Positions 36,693-48,869 of a stretch of 50,406 bases of DNA are shown in pieces; the first letter of the stretch is position 1; every line of letters starts with the position of its first letter. This DNA comes from Octopus bimaculoides. Its lineage: Eukaryota. Both the position numbers and the translations under genes were made by a program. The DNA lies in assembly GCF_001194135.2 (NCBI RefSeq), contig NC_068984.1:7630680-7681085 (forward strand). Direction: 5' to 3'. The notes under the pieces were generated by a model. That model saw only the letters and a program-made list of their open reading frames with translations, had not been told where the DNA came from and ran no database searches.

Positions 36693-37249
36693 TCTTATAT
36701 AGAAGTAGTTGTTGGATCTGTGGCTAGTTTAATGAATAACATTATAGAAAAGGTTTAGCGTTAACCATACATCATTTTTTAATGAAAAATAATGCTATTA
36801 TCTGTTATTATACATCTGTTTTTTTATAAGTATAAATCTGTCCTCAAATATATAACGCACCCTGAAAATATTTCTCCAGCATTCTGGCCTTATGACCCTC
36901 GTTCTGGTCTAATGACCCTCCATGTTTGTTTTCGTTCAGTTTCTTTGTATGTCTCCACTATCCTGTTTTGTTGCCAACTTTGACCCTAAATAAATCCCAA
37001 ATTTTATTTTGGTACTTATAGGAGCAACTGTCTTCGAAGACTCATATTGTCGTTCAGTGTTCGAAATGAGGAGTAGATAGATAGCAGACAAGTGATGAAG
37101 GGTCGTTCTTTGTGTTGCTTGTCTTGTTTTCTATTAGTTTCTCTGGTTGTTTGCGTATTTAACTCATTTGTTTTCGTATTTCATATTGTTTGCTCTTGGT
37201 GACGTCCGCAAAACATCCATTTCCAAGCAATTCCTTAGTCTTTTACTTA

Positions 37250-37445
37250 TTTGACTGAGACCATGCAGGAGAATCACCCTCAGTCGAACAAATCGGTCCC
37301 AGGACTTATTCTTTATAAGCCTAGTATTTATTCTATCGTTTTCTTTTGCCGAACCGCTAATTCAATGGGACGTAGACACACCAGCATCGGTTGTCAAGCG
37401 ATTGTGAGGAGACAAATCCACATGCACACTCTCTCACACACACAC
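37250..37445 (-). mobile_element. SINE-A 3' half
   Basis: TTGACTGAGACCATGC...CCCAGGACTTATTC...GCCGAACCGCTAA...GGTTGTCAAGCG. Confidence 0.8.
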
Positions 37446-37544
37446 ACACATATATGTAATTATATGTATATATATATATATGTGTGTGTGTGTATATATA
37501 TATGTATAGTCGGAATTTACAAAAAACTAAAGACGGAGACAGTT

Positions 37545-37665
37545 GTGTAAACAACAAACAGGTGTATTTGTTTAACACTCGGGAAGATGAGAAAGACTTT
37601 TACGTTTCGAGCCTACGCTCTGCAACAGAAAGAAGCACGAGAAAATAAACAGAGAGGGAATGAAA
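37545..37665 (-). mobile_element. PLE-terminus-like repeat with hammerhead-like motif (family 3)
   Basis: Reverse complement of 37597-37632 is CUUU CUGUUGC A GAGC GUAG GCUC GAAA CGU A AAAG. Confidence 0.7.
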
Positions 37666-37709
37666 AAACAAAAGCTCTAGTGGCTATCGGTCGATCATGG
37701 CGATGGCTG

Positions 37710-37741
<32 letters not shown>

Positions 37742-39014
37742 CGNNNNNNNNNNNNNNNNNNNNNNNNNNNNNNNNNNNNNNNNNNNNNNNNNNNNNNNNN
37801 NNNNNNNNNNNNNNNNNNNNNNNNNNNNNNNNNNNNNNNNNNNNNNNNNNNNNNNNNNNNNNNNNNNNNNNNNNNNNNNNNNNNNNNNNNNNNNNNNNNN
37901 NNNNNNNNNNNNNNNNNNNNNNNNNNNNNNNNNNNNNNNNNNNNNNNNNNNNNNNNNNNNNNNNNNNNNNNNNNNNNNNNNNNNNNNNNNNNNNNNNNNN
38001 NNNNNNNNNNNNNNNNNNNNNNNNNNNNNNNNNNNNNNNNNNNNNNNNNNNNNNNNNNNNNNNNNNNNNNNNNNNNNNNNNNNNNNNNNNNNNNNNNNNN
38101 NNNNNNNNNNNNNNNNNNNNNNNNNNNNNNNNNNNNNNNNNNNNNNNNNNNNNNNNNNNNNNNNNNNNNNNNNNNNNNNNNNNNNNNNNNNNNNNNNNNN
38201 NNNNNNNNNNNNNNNNNNNNNNNNNNNNNNNNNNNNATATAAGTATATAAAAGCATTTTTGAATAGAACTAATACCAGTGCTCAAATTTCATACAGTATG
38301 TAGATGAACTAGCAGCTAGTTCAATCCCAAGTTCAATCTGTTTAGCTTTCATTCCTCAGAGGCCACACAAAACTAAACGGTAGCACACTCCATCGACTTC
38401 GGTCATGTGTTGTAAAGAAGTATCTTTCTGATGACGTAGAATAGCAATATTAGAAAATATTATTAATTTCTTTTTCCACTAACTGCAATCACCGCATATA
38501 AATATATTAATAAAACAGTAGTGAGCGAGTGAGTGGGTGGCTTTCCTGCCCTTTACGAAGGACGCAAGCTGTGTACGTTCTCTGATATAACAAGGAACTC
38601 AAACGGTGTCGCAATCAAGACAGGCCGGAAATTTACGGCGTTCCCTACACAGGAAATGAATACTTATTAATAGTATACACACCTATAGATACACAACCGC
38701 TCCCCTCATATATATATACATGCATTCGTAGATGCACAACTAAAAATCAATATACATATATGAGAGAATATGCGTGTGTGCGGGTTTTTTTATGTATCAG
38801 GAAATATGTAACATAAGATTCATTAATTCATGCATGAATGATCTCCCAGAATTTATAAAAAACCTTCCAAAAAAGCATGCGTCTACACACACACACACAC
38901 ACACACATACACACATGCATATACACACTACACGCGCGCACGCATGTACAGGCACAGGCACATACATCCATACATATGAAGTCGCACACACACGCGTATA
39001 TATAATACACAGTG

Positions 39015-39065
<51 letters not shown>

Positions 39066-39309
39066 NNNNNNNNNNNNNNNNNNNNNNNNNNNNNNNNNNN
39101 NNNNNNNNNNNNNNNNNNNNNNNNNNNNNNNNNNNNNNNNNNNNNNNNNNNNNNNNNNNNNNNNNNNNNNNNNNNNNNNNNNNNNNNNNNNNNNNNNNNN
39201 NNNNNNNNNNNNNNNNNNNNNNNNNNNNTATATATACAGACATACACATATATACATACATATACATCCTAAGATATACAGACAAATACACGCACACCAC
39301 ATTCACATA

Positions 39310-39360
<51 letters not shown>

Positions 39361-39410
39361 TAAACACGTGTAAACATATTTCATGCATGATACACACGCC
39401 GTGGTCTCTA

Positions 39411-39784
39411 TGACGTTTTATGCTTATTTCAACTCATAACATGAGAAGTTACTTTATTTTTATCATCTTGAAAGACTAATGACGTCAACACCTTTAAGCT
39501 GGTGGCTTGGAATGTCAAAGCTATTTGTGGAATTCCATTTCTGCTGATTTTTTATCACTGTCACCCCTTCCTCTCTGATTTTTCTACACAGTTTCTAACA
39601 TTAGATCTGTGAAAGATAATAATAGCAGTTCTTCATAGATTCACGTCAATATTCACTCATCAATATTCGCTGTGTGACACTGGGTAATTTCTCCATTTAC
39701 TGCTTTGATTCAGTTTTCAACACTGGAGAGTTCTATTTACGCACTTCGACGACTGACGTAAGTAAAAAATTTACTACTTACGTC
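39411..39784. promoter_or_regulatory. Candidate CRE/ATF motif cluster in unique sequence
   Basis: TGACGT at 39411, perfect TGACGTCA at 39480-39487, ACGTCA at 39643, TGACGTAA at 39754. No function can be shown from sequence alone. Confidence 0.25.
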
Positions 39785-40226
39785 TGATGGTAACGTAAAA
39801 GGGAGACAGAGCGAAAGAGACAGACGGAAAAAAACACAGAGGGACAGGGAGAAGCAGAAAGAATAAAGCGAAAATGTCAGCAACCTTGAACAAGAGACTA
39901 GTTAAGGAGATGACAGCGTCATCATAGCTAACTGACGGAGATCCTGAATTACTATAAATGGTGAAAGACAGAGTAGATGAAAATCTCCGCAGAAAACCTA
40001 CACTGACAGACAAATATAACCACGTTTTAATAACCGTTTCTAAAATAGTTAGATAAGACTGAAATTCTGCGAGAAGGTGTTAAATGCTAATATTGATCTC
40101 AGTACAAGTACAACATCGATTTTCCGGAACTTTTCCAAACCTTTCTGGACTACTGACTCTTCTGGAAAAAAAAGGGAAGGGTGGGGTGCTGGGGTTACAT
40201 TGGTCAACATACACCAACTGAAATAA

Positions 40227-40593
40227 ATATTGGTTTCAAATTTTGGAACACTGCCAGCAAAACCGGGTGAAGGGGTTAAGTCGGATAGCGTCGACCTGAC
40301 TGTTCAACAGGTAATTATTTTGTCAACTCAGAAAGAATGAAAGGCAAAATCGACCTCGGTGGAATTTGAACCCAAAACATAAAATAGGGCGAAATGCCGC
40401 TAAGCATTTTGTCCGACGTGCTAACGACTCTGCCAGCTCCCCTTTTTAAATTAAATAAATATTAATTGTAAATTTTGGCACAAGATCAAAAGGTTTGTAA
40501 GGTGGTGGTAAGTTAATTACATCGCTCCAGGGCTCAGCTGGAACTTATTTTATCGACCCCAAAATGAGGACAAAGTCGACCTCGGTAGAATTT
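40227..40593 (-). mobile_element. Two tandem SINE-B copies
   Basis: GGCAAAATCGACCTCGGTGGAATTTGAAC...GCTAACGACTCTGCCAGCTC, then a 3' partial copy with AAGTCGACCTCGGTAGAATTT. Confidence 0.8.
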
Positions 40594-40656
40594 AGTTAAA
40601 TAATTAAATGAAATACAGATACCTGTACATTAGTGGAAATTAGTGTATATTATAAC

Positions 40657-41000
40657 GTGGATGTGCAATGGCCCATTGGTTAGGGCATCGGACTCGCGGT
40701 TGTAAGATCACGGTTTTGATTCCCAGACCGGGCGTTGTGAGTGTTTATTGAGCGAAAACACTTAAAGCCCCTCGAGGCCATTCCGGCACGGAATGGTGGC
40801 GAACCCTGCTGTAATCTTTCACCACAACTTTCTCTCACTCTTTGTTGCTGTTTCTGCTGTACCTGTATTTCAAAGGGCCAGCCTTGTCACTCTCTGTGTG
40901 ACTCTGAATCTCCCCGAGAACAACGTTAAGGGTAAACGAGCAGGCTGTTCCATTGATTGGATCAGCTGGAACCCGCGTCGTCGTAGCCGACTCAGTGCCA
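40657..41000 (+). mobile_element. tRNA-derived SINE sharing its 3' half with 22009-22298
   Basis: TGGCCCATTGGTTAGG (A box) and GGTTTTGATTCCC (B box); tail CCTGTATTTCAAAGGGCCAGCCTTGTCAC...CGTCGTAGCCGACTCAGTGCCA. Confidence 0.75.
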
Positions 41001-41559
41001 TGTTATATTATAAAAATATCAGGTAAGTTGGTGTTGCACTTGACACGTATTTTATCGCTGAATTTGAACGTAGAATACATGAAGGTGTAACAGTACCGTA
41101 ATGTATTTATCGACGTTCTAAAAATTCAGCCATGTTGTTACCCTAGATGTTTTTAATTTAAGCAGAAGCGTGAATTTTTTGAGTAACGGGTGTTAATTGA
41201 TTATTTAGATTCCTTAGCTATGTTATGTTTATAATTTATCGGTTTCTGAGAATGACAGTTGAAGTTTTAATACGTTAAATTCGAACTTGAGCAAGAAAAA
41301 TAAAAGTAAGAAATTGGATGTAATTGTGTGAAGCATTTTTAAACAAAGCTGCAACGGAGCTGCTATTTCTCTTCCCTAAACCCAGTTTTTATAATCAGCA
41401 AAATTAAATAATCAATTGTTGATTTATACATACATACACAATGTCGCACACAAACACGCACACCTACACACACGCGCGCGCACATATTTGCATACATATA
41501 TATCCTTGCATATGCCTTTATGTATATGTGCGTGTGTATGTATATTCTTTTATTCTTTT

Positions 41560-41770
41560 ATTTGTTTCAGTGATTTTCCCGCGGCCATACCGGAGCACAG
41601 CCTTTAGTCGAACACATTGACCCCAGGACTTATTCTTTCTAAGCCTAGTACTTATTCTATCATTGTCTTTTGCAGAACCGCTAAGTTACGGAGGCGTAAA
41701 CACACCGACATCGGCTGTCAAGCGATGGTGAGGAGACAAACGCAGACATACAAACACACACACACCCGCA
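41560..41770 (-). mobile_element. SINE-A 3' half
   Basis: GCGGCCATACCGGAGCAC...GACCCCAGGACTTATTC...GAACCGCTAAGTTACGG...CTGTCAAGCGATGGTG. Confidence 0.8.
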
Positions 41771-41798
41771 CCCACACAACCAGCCACCCACCCCACCC

Positions 41799-41834
<36 letters not shown>

Positions 41835-42899
41835 AAGAGAGAGAGAGAGAGAGCATAGTGGAGGGAAAAGGCAGATAAGCACAAGTCGGCTTAATGCATA
41901 TAATGACATGAAATGTAAAATACAAAGCACGAAATAAAGAAACGAATTAAACGAGAGTCACGTGATTGTCTTATCGTGACAGCTGTTTCGAGGAGCCCCA
42001 TAGCTTGTGCCATAACAACGTTTATACATAATACATATCGTTGATCTATGTAATAGCACAAGTTCTTAGGCATTCGTGAAACGAAAACAGGATACCTTTG
42101 TCTGAAGAAAATGGTAAATGACTGTGATCCGGCTTCCCCTAACGTATCAACAGGAACTTTTCCTACTGCTTACGCCTTGTAATAGTTGTACATCTCTGTG
42201 TTTCTGAGCTCGTTTTCGTATTCTCGCAAATATTCACTTCTCAATAACAAAAGTGGTCGATGGCTTTACTTGAATTAGCAGATGTAAAGCGCTCCCATTA
42301 TTTCTTTAAAATGAAAAACATTGAATAAACACAGTCCGAGATATATTATATCAATAGAGAAAACGGGTCTGTCATGATTGAAATATCTTTCGGTATGAGC
42401 CTGCTGGATCCCGACTGATGTGAATAGACAGGAAAACAACAGCACAGTCGCAGGCTAATGGGAGAGAGAGGGGGGAGAGACAGAGAGAGACAGACAGACA
42501 GAGAGAGACAGAGACAGAGAGACACAGAGACACAGAGACACAGAGAGACACAGAGACACAGAGACAGAAGGAGAGAGAGAGGGAGAGAGAGAGAGAAAGA
42601 GAGAGAGGGGGGAGAGCTGTACAAGAACACAAATGCACAATGTATATATCTGTATGTGAGCGATATATTCTTCCTCGCAATGGATAGATCGGAAGACGTC
42701 AAAAGATGAATGATGCAGATTGAGGAAACTAAGAAAACATCCCCGTGCTTAGATACAACATTGAGAGCTATGCATTTATAGCTGGTGGTCACTCTGACAC
42801 ACTCAATGTCTAGACATAAACATTAAGATTTTAAAAAAAAAATGGAAATAGCGGAAGCGTTAAACCCGATCAGAAGAATGACATTAATAAATGCATCTT

Positions 42900-43113
42900 A
42901 AGGCGGTGAGCTGGCTGAATCGTTAACACGCTGGGCGAAATGTTTAGCGGTATTTCGTCTACCGTTACGTTCTGAGTTCAAATTCCGCCGAGGTCGATTT
43001 TGCCTTTCATCGTTACGGTGTCGATAACATTAGTACCAGTTACGCACTGGGGTCGATGTAATCAACTTAATTCCTTTCTCCCAAACATCAGGCCTTGTGC
43101 CTATAATAGAAAA
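42900..43113 (+). mobile_element. SINE-B monomer
   Basis: AAGGCGGTGAGCTGGCTGAATCGTT...GAGTTCAAATTCCGCCGAGGTCG...GGCCTTGTGCC. Confidence 0.9.
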
Positions 43114-43282
43114 CGATTAATAAATGCATATTCTTATACGTAGGCAATGAATACTCGCACTAGTACAATCAGTGGTTTAGGAGAACAATTATGCTCTGTG
43201 CAAAGGATGCACTAAAGATTTTTCTGAAATATAAACCATACGCTAAATGTTGGTATTCAAACTATAGACCAATAAAAACGCC

Positions 43283-43663
43283 AGCACGCCGGGTGAAATG
43301 CTTAGCGGTATTTCGTCTGCCGCTAAGTTCTGAGTTCAAATTTCGCCACGGTCGATTTTGCATTTCATCCTTTCGGGGTCGATTAAATAAGTACCAGTTA
43401 CGCACTGGGGTCGATATAATCGACTTAATCCGTTTGTCTTGTCTTTGTTTGTCCCCTTTGTATGTAGCCCCTTGTGGGCAGTAAAGAAATGCTTAGCGGT
43501 ATTTCTTCTGCCACTACTTTCTGAGTTCAAATTCCGCCGAGGTCAACTTTGCCTTTCATCCTTTCGGGGTCGATACATTAAGTACCATTTGTGTGTTGGG
43601 GTCGATCTAATTGACTGGTCCCCTCTCCAAAATTTTCGGACCTTGTGCCTAGAATAGAAAAAA
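43283..43663 (+). mobile_element. SINE-B dimer with shortened junction
   Basis: CCCCTTGTGGGCAGTAAAGAAAT|GCTTAGCGG (43490/43491). Confidence 0.9.
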
Positions 43664-44297
43664 AATATTCGGTACCATTGTCCCATGTTGTAAATTCATG
43701 TCTATTTTGCTGGAGAGTGTCGTACTTTTATGGCCGACATTGTAGTTGGGTTTACAAAGTCTGCAACTTTCACATTTGCAATCAAATTTATTAATTACAC
43801 TGGTAATTAGCAGATTATTTTGGAATTTACATGTTTAATGTTTCCCATTGGTAGGAGGGTTTGTAATATTTTGTAATATTTTGGATTTTCAATTTGCTTT
43901 AACAGCAATTTTGATGTGAAACCGTATGCTGAAACGGAAACCTTTGTAATTTGGGAGGAATACATCGGAAGAAAAGAGAAACGTACACACAGGCACGCGC
44001 GCGCGCGTATATGCTTGACACTACAACAAACACATGGATGGGAGAATATCAGTTATCCAGTGGGAAATCAATAGAATCATTAAAAAGCCCAGAGTAGTGT
44101 GACGAAAAATGTTGAACAAATTAACAATTGATTAATTAATTAGTTAATTACTTTTCAAGCAAAGTGAAGTGAACTACAACCAGTGGGTTGGATTTTATTG
44201 GCAGTGTGACGCTCTAAAAATTAGTAAAATTTTAATTTCAGTAATTTTACAATAAATTATTAGTGTTAATTTATGTTTTAATATTATGTCTTTCGGA

Positions 44298-44667
44298 GGG
44301 CGTGGAGCTGGCAGAATCGTTAGCACGCCGGGGGAAATGCCTAACGGTATTTTGCCTGTCTTTACGTTCTGAGTTCAAATTCCGCCGAGGTCGACTTTGC
44401 TTTTCATCCTTTCGAGGTCGATAAATTAAGTACCAGTTGCGTACTTGGGTCGATCTAATCGACTGGCCCTCTCCCCTGAAATTTTGGGCCTTGTGCCTAG
44501 AGTACAAACGAATATTATGGATTTTGGTGAGCTGGCAAAATTGTTAGCACGCCGGGCAAAATACTTAGCGGTATTTCGTCTGCCGTTACGTTCTGAGTTC
44601 AGAATCCGCCGAAGTCGCCTTTCATCCTTTCGGGATCGATTAAATAAGTACCAGTTTCGCACTGGGT
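44298..44667 (+). mobile_element. Two tandem SINE-B monomers
   Basis: Heads GAGCTGGCAGAATCGTTAGCACGCCGGG at ~44304 and GAGCTGGCAAAATTGTTAGCACGCCGGG at ~44529. Confidence 0.9.
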
Positions 44668-44903
44668 ATGATATTGTAATGAAATAGCTACAATATTGAA
44701 ACGGAGGTAAGGAAAAAAATGGAATAAAGTACATCTTGTATTTATTATTATTTTTCTTATATTTGCTCCGTATATATTAACTGGCAATACTAGAAATTAC
44801 AGTAGTAACCACACAACTTTGCCTGAAGAAGACTGGATGATTACACTCTGCAAGAAGCTCTACTGTGATCGGTAGCATCAGAGCATCCGTGCATCCAACT
44901 GTG

Positions 44904-44948
<45 letters not shown>

Positions 44949-45051
44949 GCACAAACGCACACACACAAACTCATACACAGAATATATGTATTGTCTTGAC
45001 TGCTAAATCCACAAGTTATTTTATTCTTTTTCTGTTTATTTCCTCGTGTTC

Positions 45052-45087
45052 CTTTCTGCTGAAGAGCGTAGGCTCGAAACGTAAAAG
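45052..45087 (+). ncRNA. Hammerhead-like motif (family 3), within repeat 45020-45135
   Basis: CUUU CUGCUGA A GAGC-GUAG-GCUC GAAA CGU A AAAG. Stem I CUUU/AAAG, 4-bp stem II, palindromic ACGU stem III. Core position 6 is C instead of A. Confidence 0.55.
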
Positions 45088-45204
45088 ACTTTCTCACTTA
45101 CCCGAGCGTCAAACTAATACACCTGTTTGTAGTTTTTCTGTAAATTTTGCTTTTCNNNNNNNNNNTATAGTCATTATATATATATATATAGTCATTATAT
45201 ATAT

Positions 45205-45660
45205 ATAGTCATTGGACTGCAGCGATACTGGGGCACCACCCTCAAGGGATTTTATGATCAACAAATCGACCCCCACTGCGTATTCTTTTAATAAATCAGG
45301 TATTTACTCCATATTTTTGTAGAAAACGTCTGTTGCAGTGACGTAAGTAAATCAACACCAGTCGCTGACCGTTAGTGGGAGACAAACATAACTCAAGCAC
45401 AGACACACACATACATATATACACACTCACAAGCACACATACATACATACATACGTACATACATATATACATATATACATGCATGCATGCATGCATGTAT
45501 GTATGCATGCATGCATACATACATACAGACAGACGCATATATACGACGATTTTCTTTCAGTTTCGTCGACTAACTCCACTCACAAGGCTATCAGAGAAGC
45601 CACTTGCCCAAAGTGCCATGCAGTGCGATTGAACCAAAATCGACATGGTTGCCAAATACC
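45205..45660 (-). mobile_element. SINE-A with expanded (TACA/TGCA) core
   Basis: Tail GGACTGCAGCGATACTGGGGCACC; head GCCATGCAGTGCGATTGAACC. Confidence 0.75.
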
Positions 45661-46239
45661 GCACAGCTAAAACTTCGTCTTCGCTCTCTACTTGTCTGGC
45701 ACAATGATGTAAGGTATTCCTTTTTTTCTTTTTACCAGACATACAATAAATGCGTATTATTTCTCTCTTTCTCCCCCTCTCTCCCTTTCACTTAGCCTCT
45801 GCGACTACACCCTCTTTGACTGTATTTACATGAAAAGCCAGGTCTGTGCTAACTTTGTTGGTATTGTAACTACTCATTCCTTTGGCAGTATGTTTTGTTT
45901 CATTGATTAAGTATGCATTTTTATGTTTGATCTATAAGCATTGGTATTTGATTATCGTTATCCTGAAAATGTCACAGTTGTATTCTTTTGTGCCAGATTA
46001 TATTTTAATATCTCTGGTCATTCTTTATTCACAGAATATATCGGTTCCTGTTTGATTTCTCGTATATTTCTAATGATTGCATAACTAAATGTAATTAATG
46101 ATTCTCTCGCTCCTAATTTAGCTTTCATTTCGCATTATATTATCGGACAACAAACCTACAGCCAACATTTGGATACGCCAGATTTCCAGACTCACACCAA
46201 CTTCTGCAGACCACAGGATATTTTTCTTTGTTTTATCTT

Positions 46240-46690
<451 letters not shown>

Positions 46691-47572
46691 CCATTAAACT
46701 CCGCCTTCCATGGTTTCGGGGTCGATGGATTAAATACCATTCAAATAATAGGGTCGATAATATCGACGCAGTCAATTCCTCGATTGTGCTGGCCTTGTAC
46801 CAACTTTGTGTATATATTTGCGTATATCACTTATGTGCCTCCGAGCAAAACCAAATATTTATTTGTCGAATTTGTTTTGACATTGAAATTTGTGCTTTGC
46901 GCTCTCGACCCAAACCTGCCTGGCCATCTTCCACTAAACTGGTATCACCTGAGTTTCCAGTTTGCAGAAACATTGTTAGGCATCTTTGAATAAACCTCAA
47001 ATTTTTGGCTAAAGGTTATTTCTATAATTGAATTAGAAGTTGTACGATGGTTGCAGACCATCCAGTCAATATGAAACATAATGCTTTTGACTCGGCCCTC
47101 ATTATTGAACCAACTTATCAGCAAATACTCAGCTGTTAATTAGCTTTCACATAATTGCCCTCATTTCACATTTCACACACACACGCACACACACACACAC
47201 ACATGTAATAGGTCTATATATGTAAATATTCATGTATATATCAATTTATCTATGTGTATGTATGTGTGCGTGTGTGTGTGTAAGCCACAGAACCTCCCAG
47301 AATTAGAAACCAGTTTTGAAGCGTTGTCCAAACATAACTAGATTACTTTATGAAGATGAAACGATCAATACCAATCTAAGCGATCCCCACAAACTACGAA
47401 TCCACAAAAAGTCCCCACTTTACAACATTAGCCAACTCTGTATAACGACACTAAGATATAAATAATTCACATGGGTTTTCACATCATCAGCTGGCATACG
47501 GATTTCGCTGTGGTTTCGATGCCTGGGCAGTACCATTTATGCTGGATACCAACAGTGCTAAAATTATAAATA

Positions 47573-47625
47573 CAGTAATCCCTCGACCGTCGCGGGTGTT
47601 ACGTTCCAAGACACTCCGCGATAGG
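47573..47625 (+). mobile_element. Tigger/pogo-like DNA transposon terminus
   Basis: TA|CAGTAATCCCTCGACCGTCGCGGGTGTTACGTTCCAAGACACTCCGCGATA resembles the CAGT...CCCTCG..TATCGCGG termini of Tigger-like MITEs. The other end was not found. Confidence 0.55.
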
Positions 47626-47867
47626 ACAGTCCTTTAAGTAAACAACGCACAGAGTAAACTGGATACGATATGATATATATCCACCATTGCAACTATAAAC
47701 ATCACTGGAAAATACCCACACGAATTCTATACATGGATGTTTACTGTTGGAATGGAACTATACTCTATGTACTTTTTCTTCTTTGTTTTTTTCTTCTCAG
47801 TATCGCCCTCATTTCTTACTGAAAATTTCCTCAGATAGATGTAATAATCCATTCTTCTACTATTACC

Positions 47868-47916
47868 GTCTCCGATGAAGTGATACACTGAATTTTCCCT
47901 GAAACAGCTGTAAGAC
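47868..47916 (+). ncRNA. Hammerhead-like motif (family 2, U4C), second copy
   Basis: GUCU CCGAUGA AG...UCCCU GAAA CAGCUGU A AGAC. Perfect 4-bp stem I GUCU/AGAC; stem II partly decayed. Confidence 0.6.
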
Positions 47917-48150
47917 ATTCTAGATAAAATATAAATTTACTTATGCCATTGGTCTCTTGATCTCATTCTTTTTTATATATACACACGCTAATACACGACC
48001 CACGTTATATTCCCCATTCATATTACAACCGCATCTGGGGCAAAACTAGTCGGTATACAGCACTTACTCGGTAGTACCTGTATATTTAGGGTCTGGTTGA
48101 CTCCATTACCCTTCATAACCTTTATATATATGTATGTGTATATATATATG

Positions 48151-48187
<37 letters not shown>

Positions 48188-48869
48188 NNNNNNNNNNNNN
48201 NNNNNNNNNNNNNNNNNNNNNNNNNNNNNNNNNNNNNNNNNNNNNNNNNNNNNNNNNNNNNNNNNNNNNNNNNNNNNNNNNNNNNNNNNNNNNNNNNNNN
48301 NNNNNNNNNNNNNNNNNNNNNNNNNNNNNNNNNNNNNNNNNNNNNNNNNNNNNNNNNNNNNNNNNNNNNNNNNNNNNNNNNNNNNNNNNNNNNNNNNNNN
48401 NNNNNNNNNNNNNNNNNNNNNNNNNNNNNNNNNNNNNNNNNNNNNNNNNNNNNNNNNNNNNNNNNNNNNNNNNNNNNNNNNNNNNNNNNNNNNNNNNNNN
48501 NNNNNNNNNNNNNNNNNNNNNNNNNNNNNNNNNNNNNNNNNNNNNNNNNNNNNNNNNNNNNNNNNNNNNNNNNNNNNNNNNNNNNNNNNNNNNNNNNNNN
48601 NNNNNNNNNNNNNNNNNNNNNNNNNNNNNNNNNNNNNNNNNNNNNNNNNNNNNNNNNNNNNNNNNNNNNNNNNNNNNNNNNNNNNNNNNNNNNNNNNNNN
48701 NNNNNNNNNNNNNNNNNNNNNNNNNNNNNNNNNNNNNNNNNNNNNNNNNNNNNNNNNNNNNNNNNNNNNNNNNNNNNNNNNNNNNNNNNNNNNNNNNNNN
48801 NNNNNNNNNNNNNNNNNNNNNNNNNNNNNNNNATATATATGTATATTAATGTCTAAACGTTGTTTCATT

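Larger units (their letters stand above)
35740..36864 (+). mobile_element. Decayed maT/DD37D-like Tc1/mariner transposon (left end not found), with two insertions
   Basis: RSEIVRTPEF, RKGQL, RSKRLLNKLK.P, QDQKVNKRNDR, TKFPETVMDLGVVSTEGHVIPPYFF, KPWI...GRPYV, PNSPNLNSLDYYLWSVVER, YLIRAC. Right TIR-like end ATAACGCACCCTG at 36852-36864. Confidence 0.85.

Noticed and set aside
37040-37110. GAAA followed by GTGATGAAGGG, a possible permuted hammerhead
   Set aside because: I could not form stems I and III, and the core begins with G.
41975-42000. GAAACAGCTGTC on the minus strand, like hammerhead family 2 stem III
   Set aside because: No CUGANGA or CCGAUGA core upstream and no stem I.
42900-44667. 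Regularly recurring palindromic words (GTCGAC, GGGGTCGAT) resembling a CRISPR array
   Set aside because: These are parts of ~210-bp SINE-B copies in a eukaryotic context. No repeat-spacer periodicity and no cas genes.
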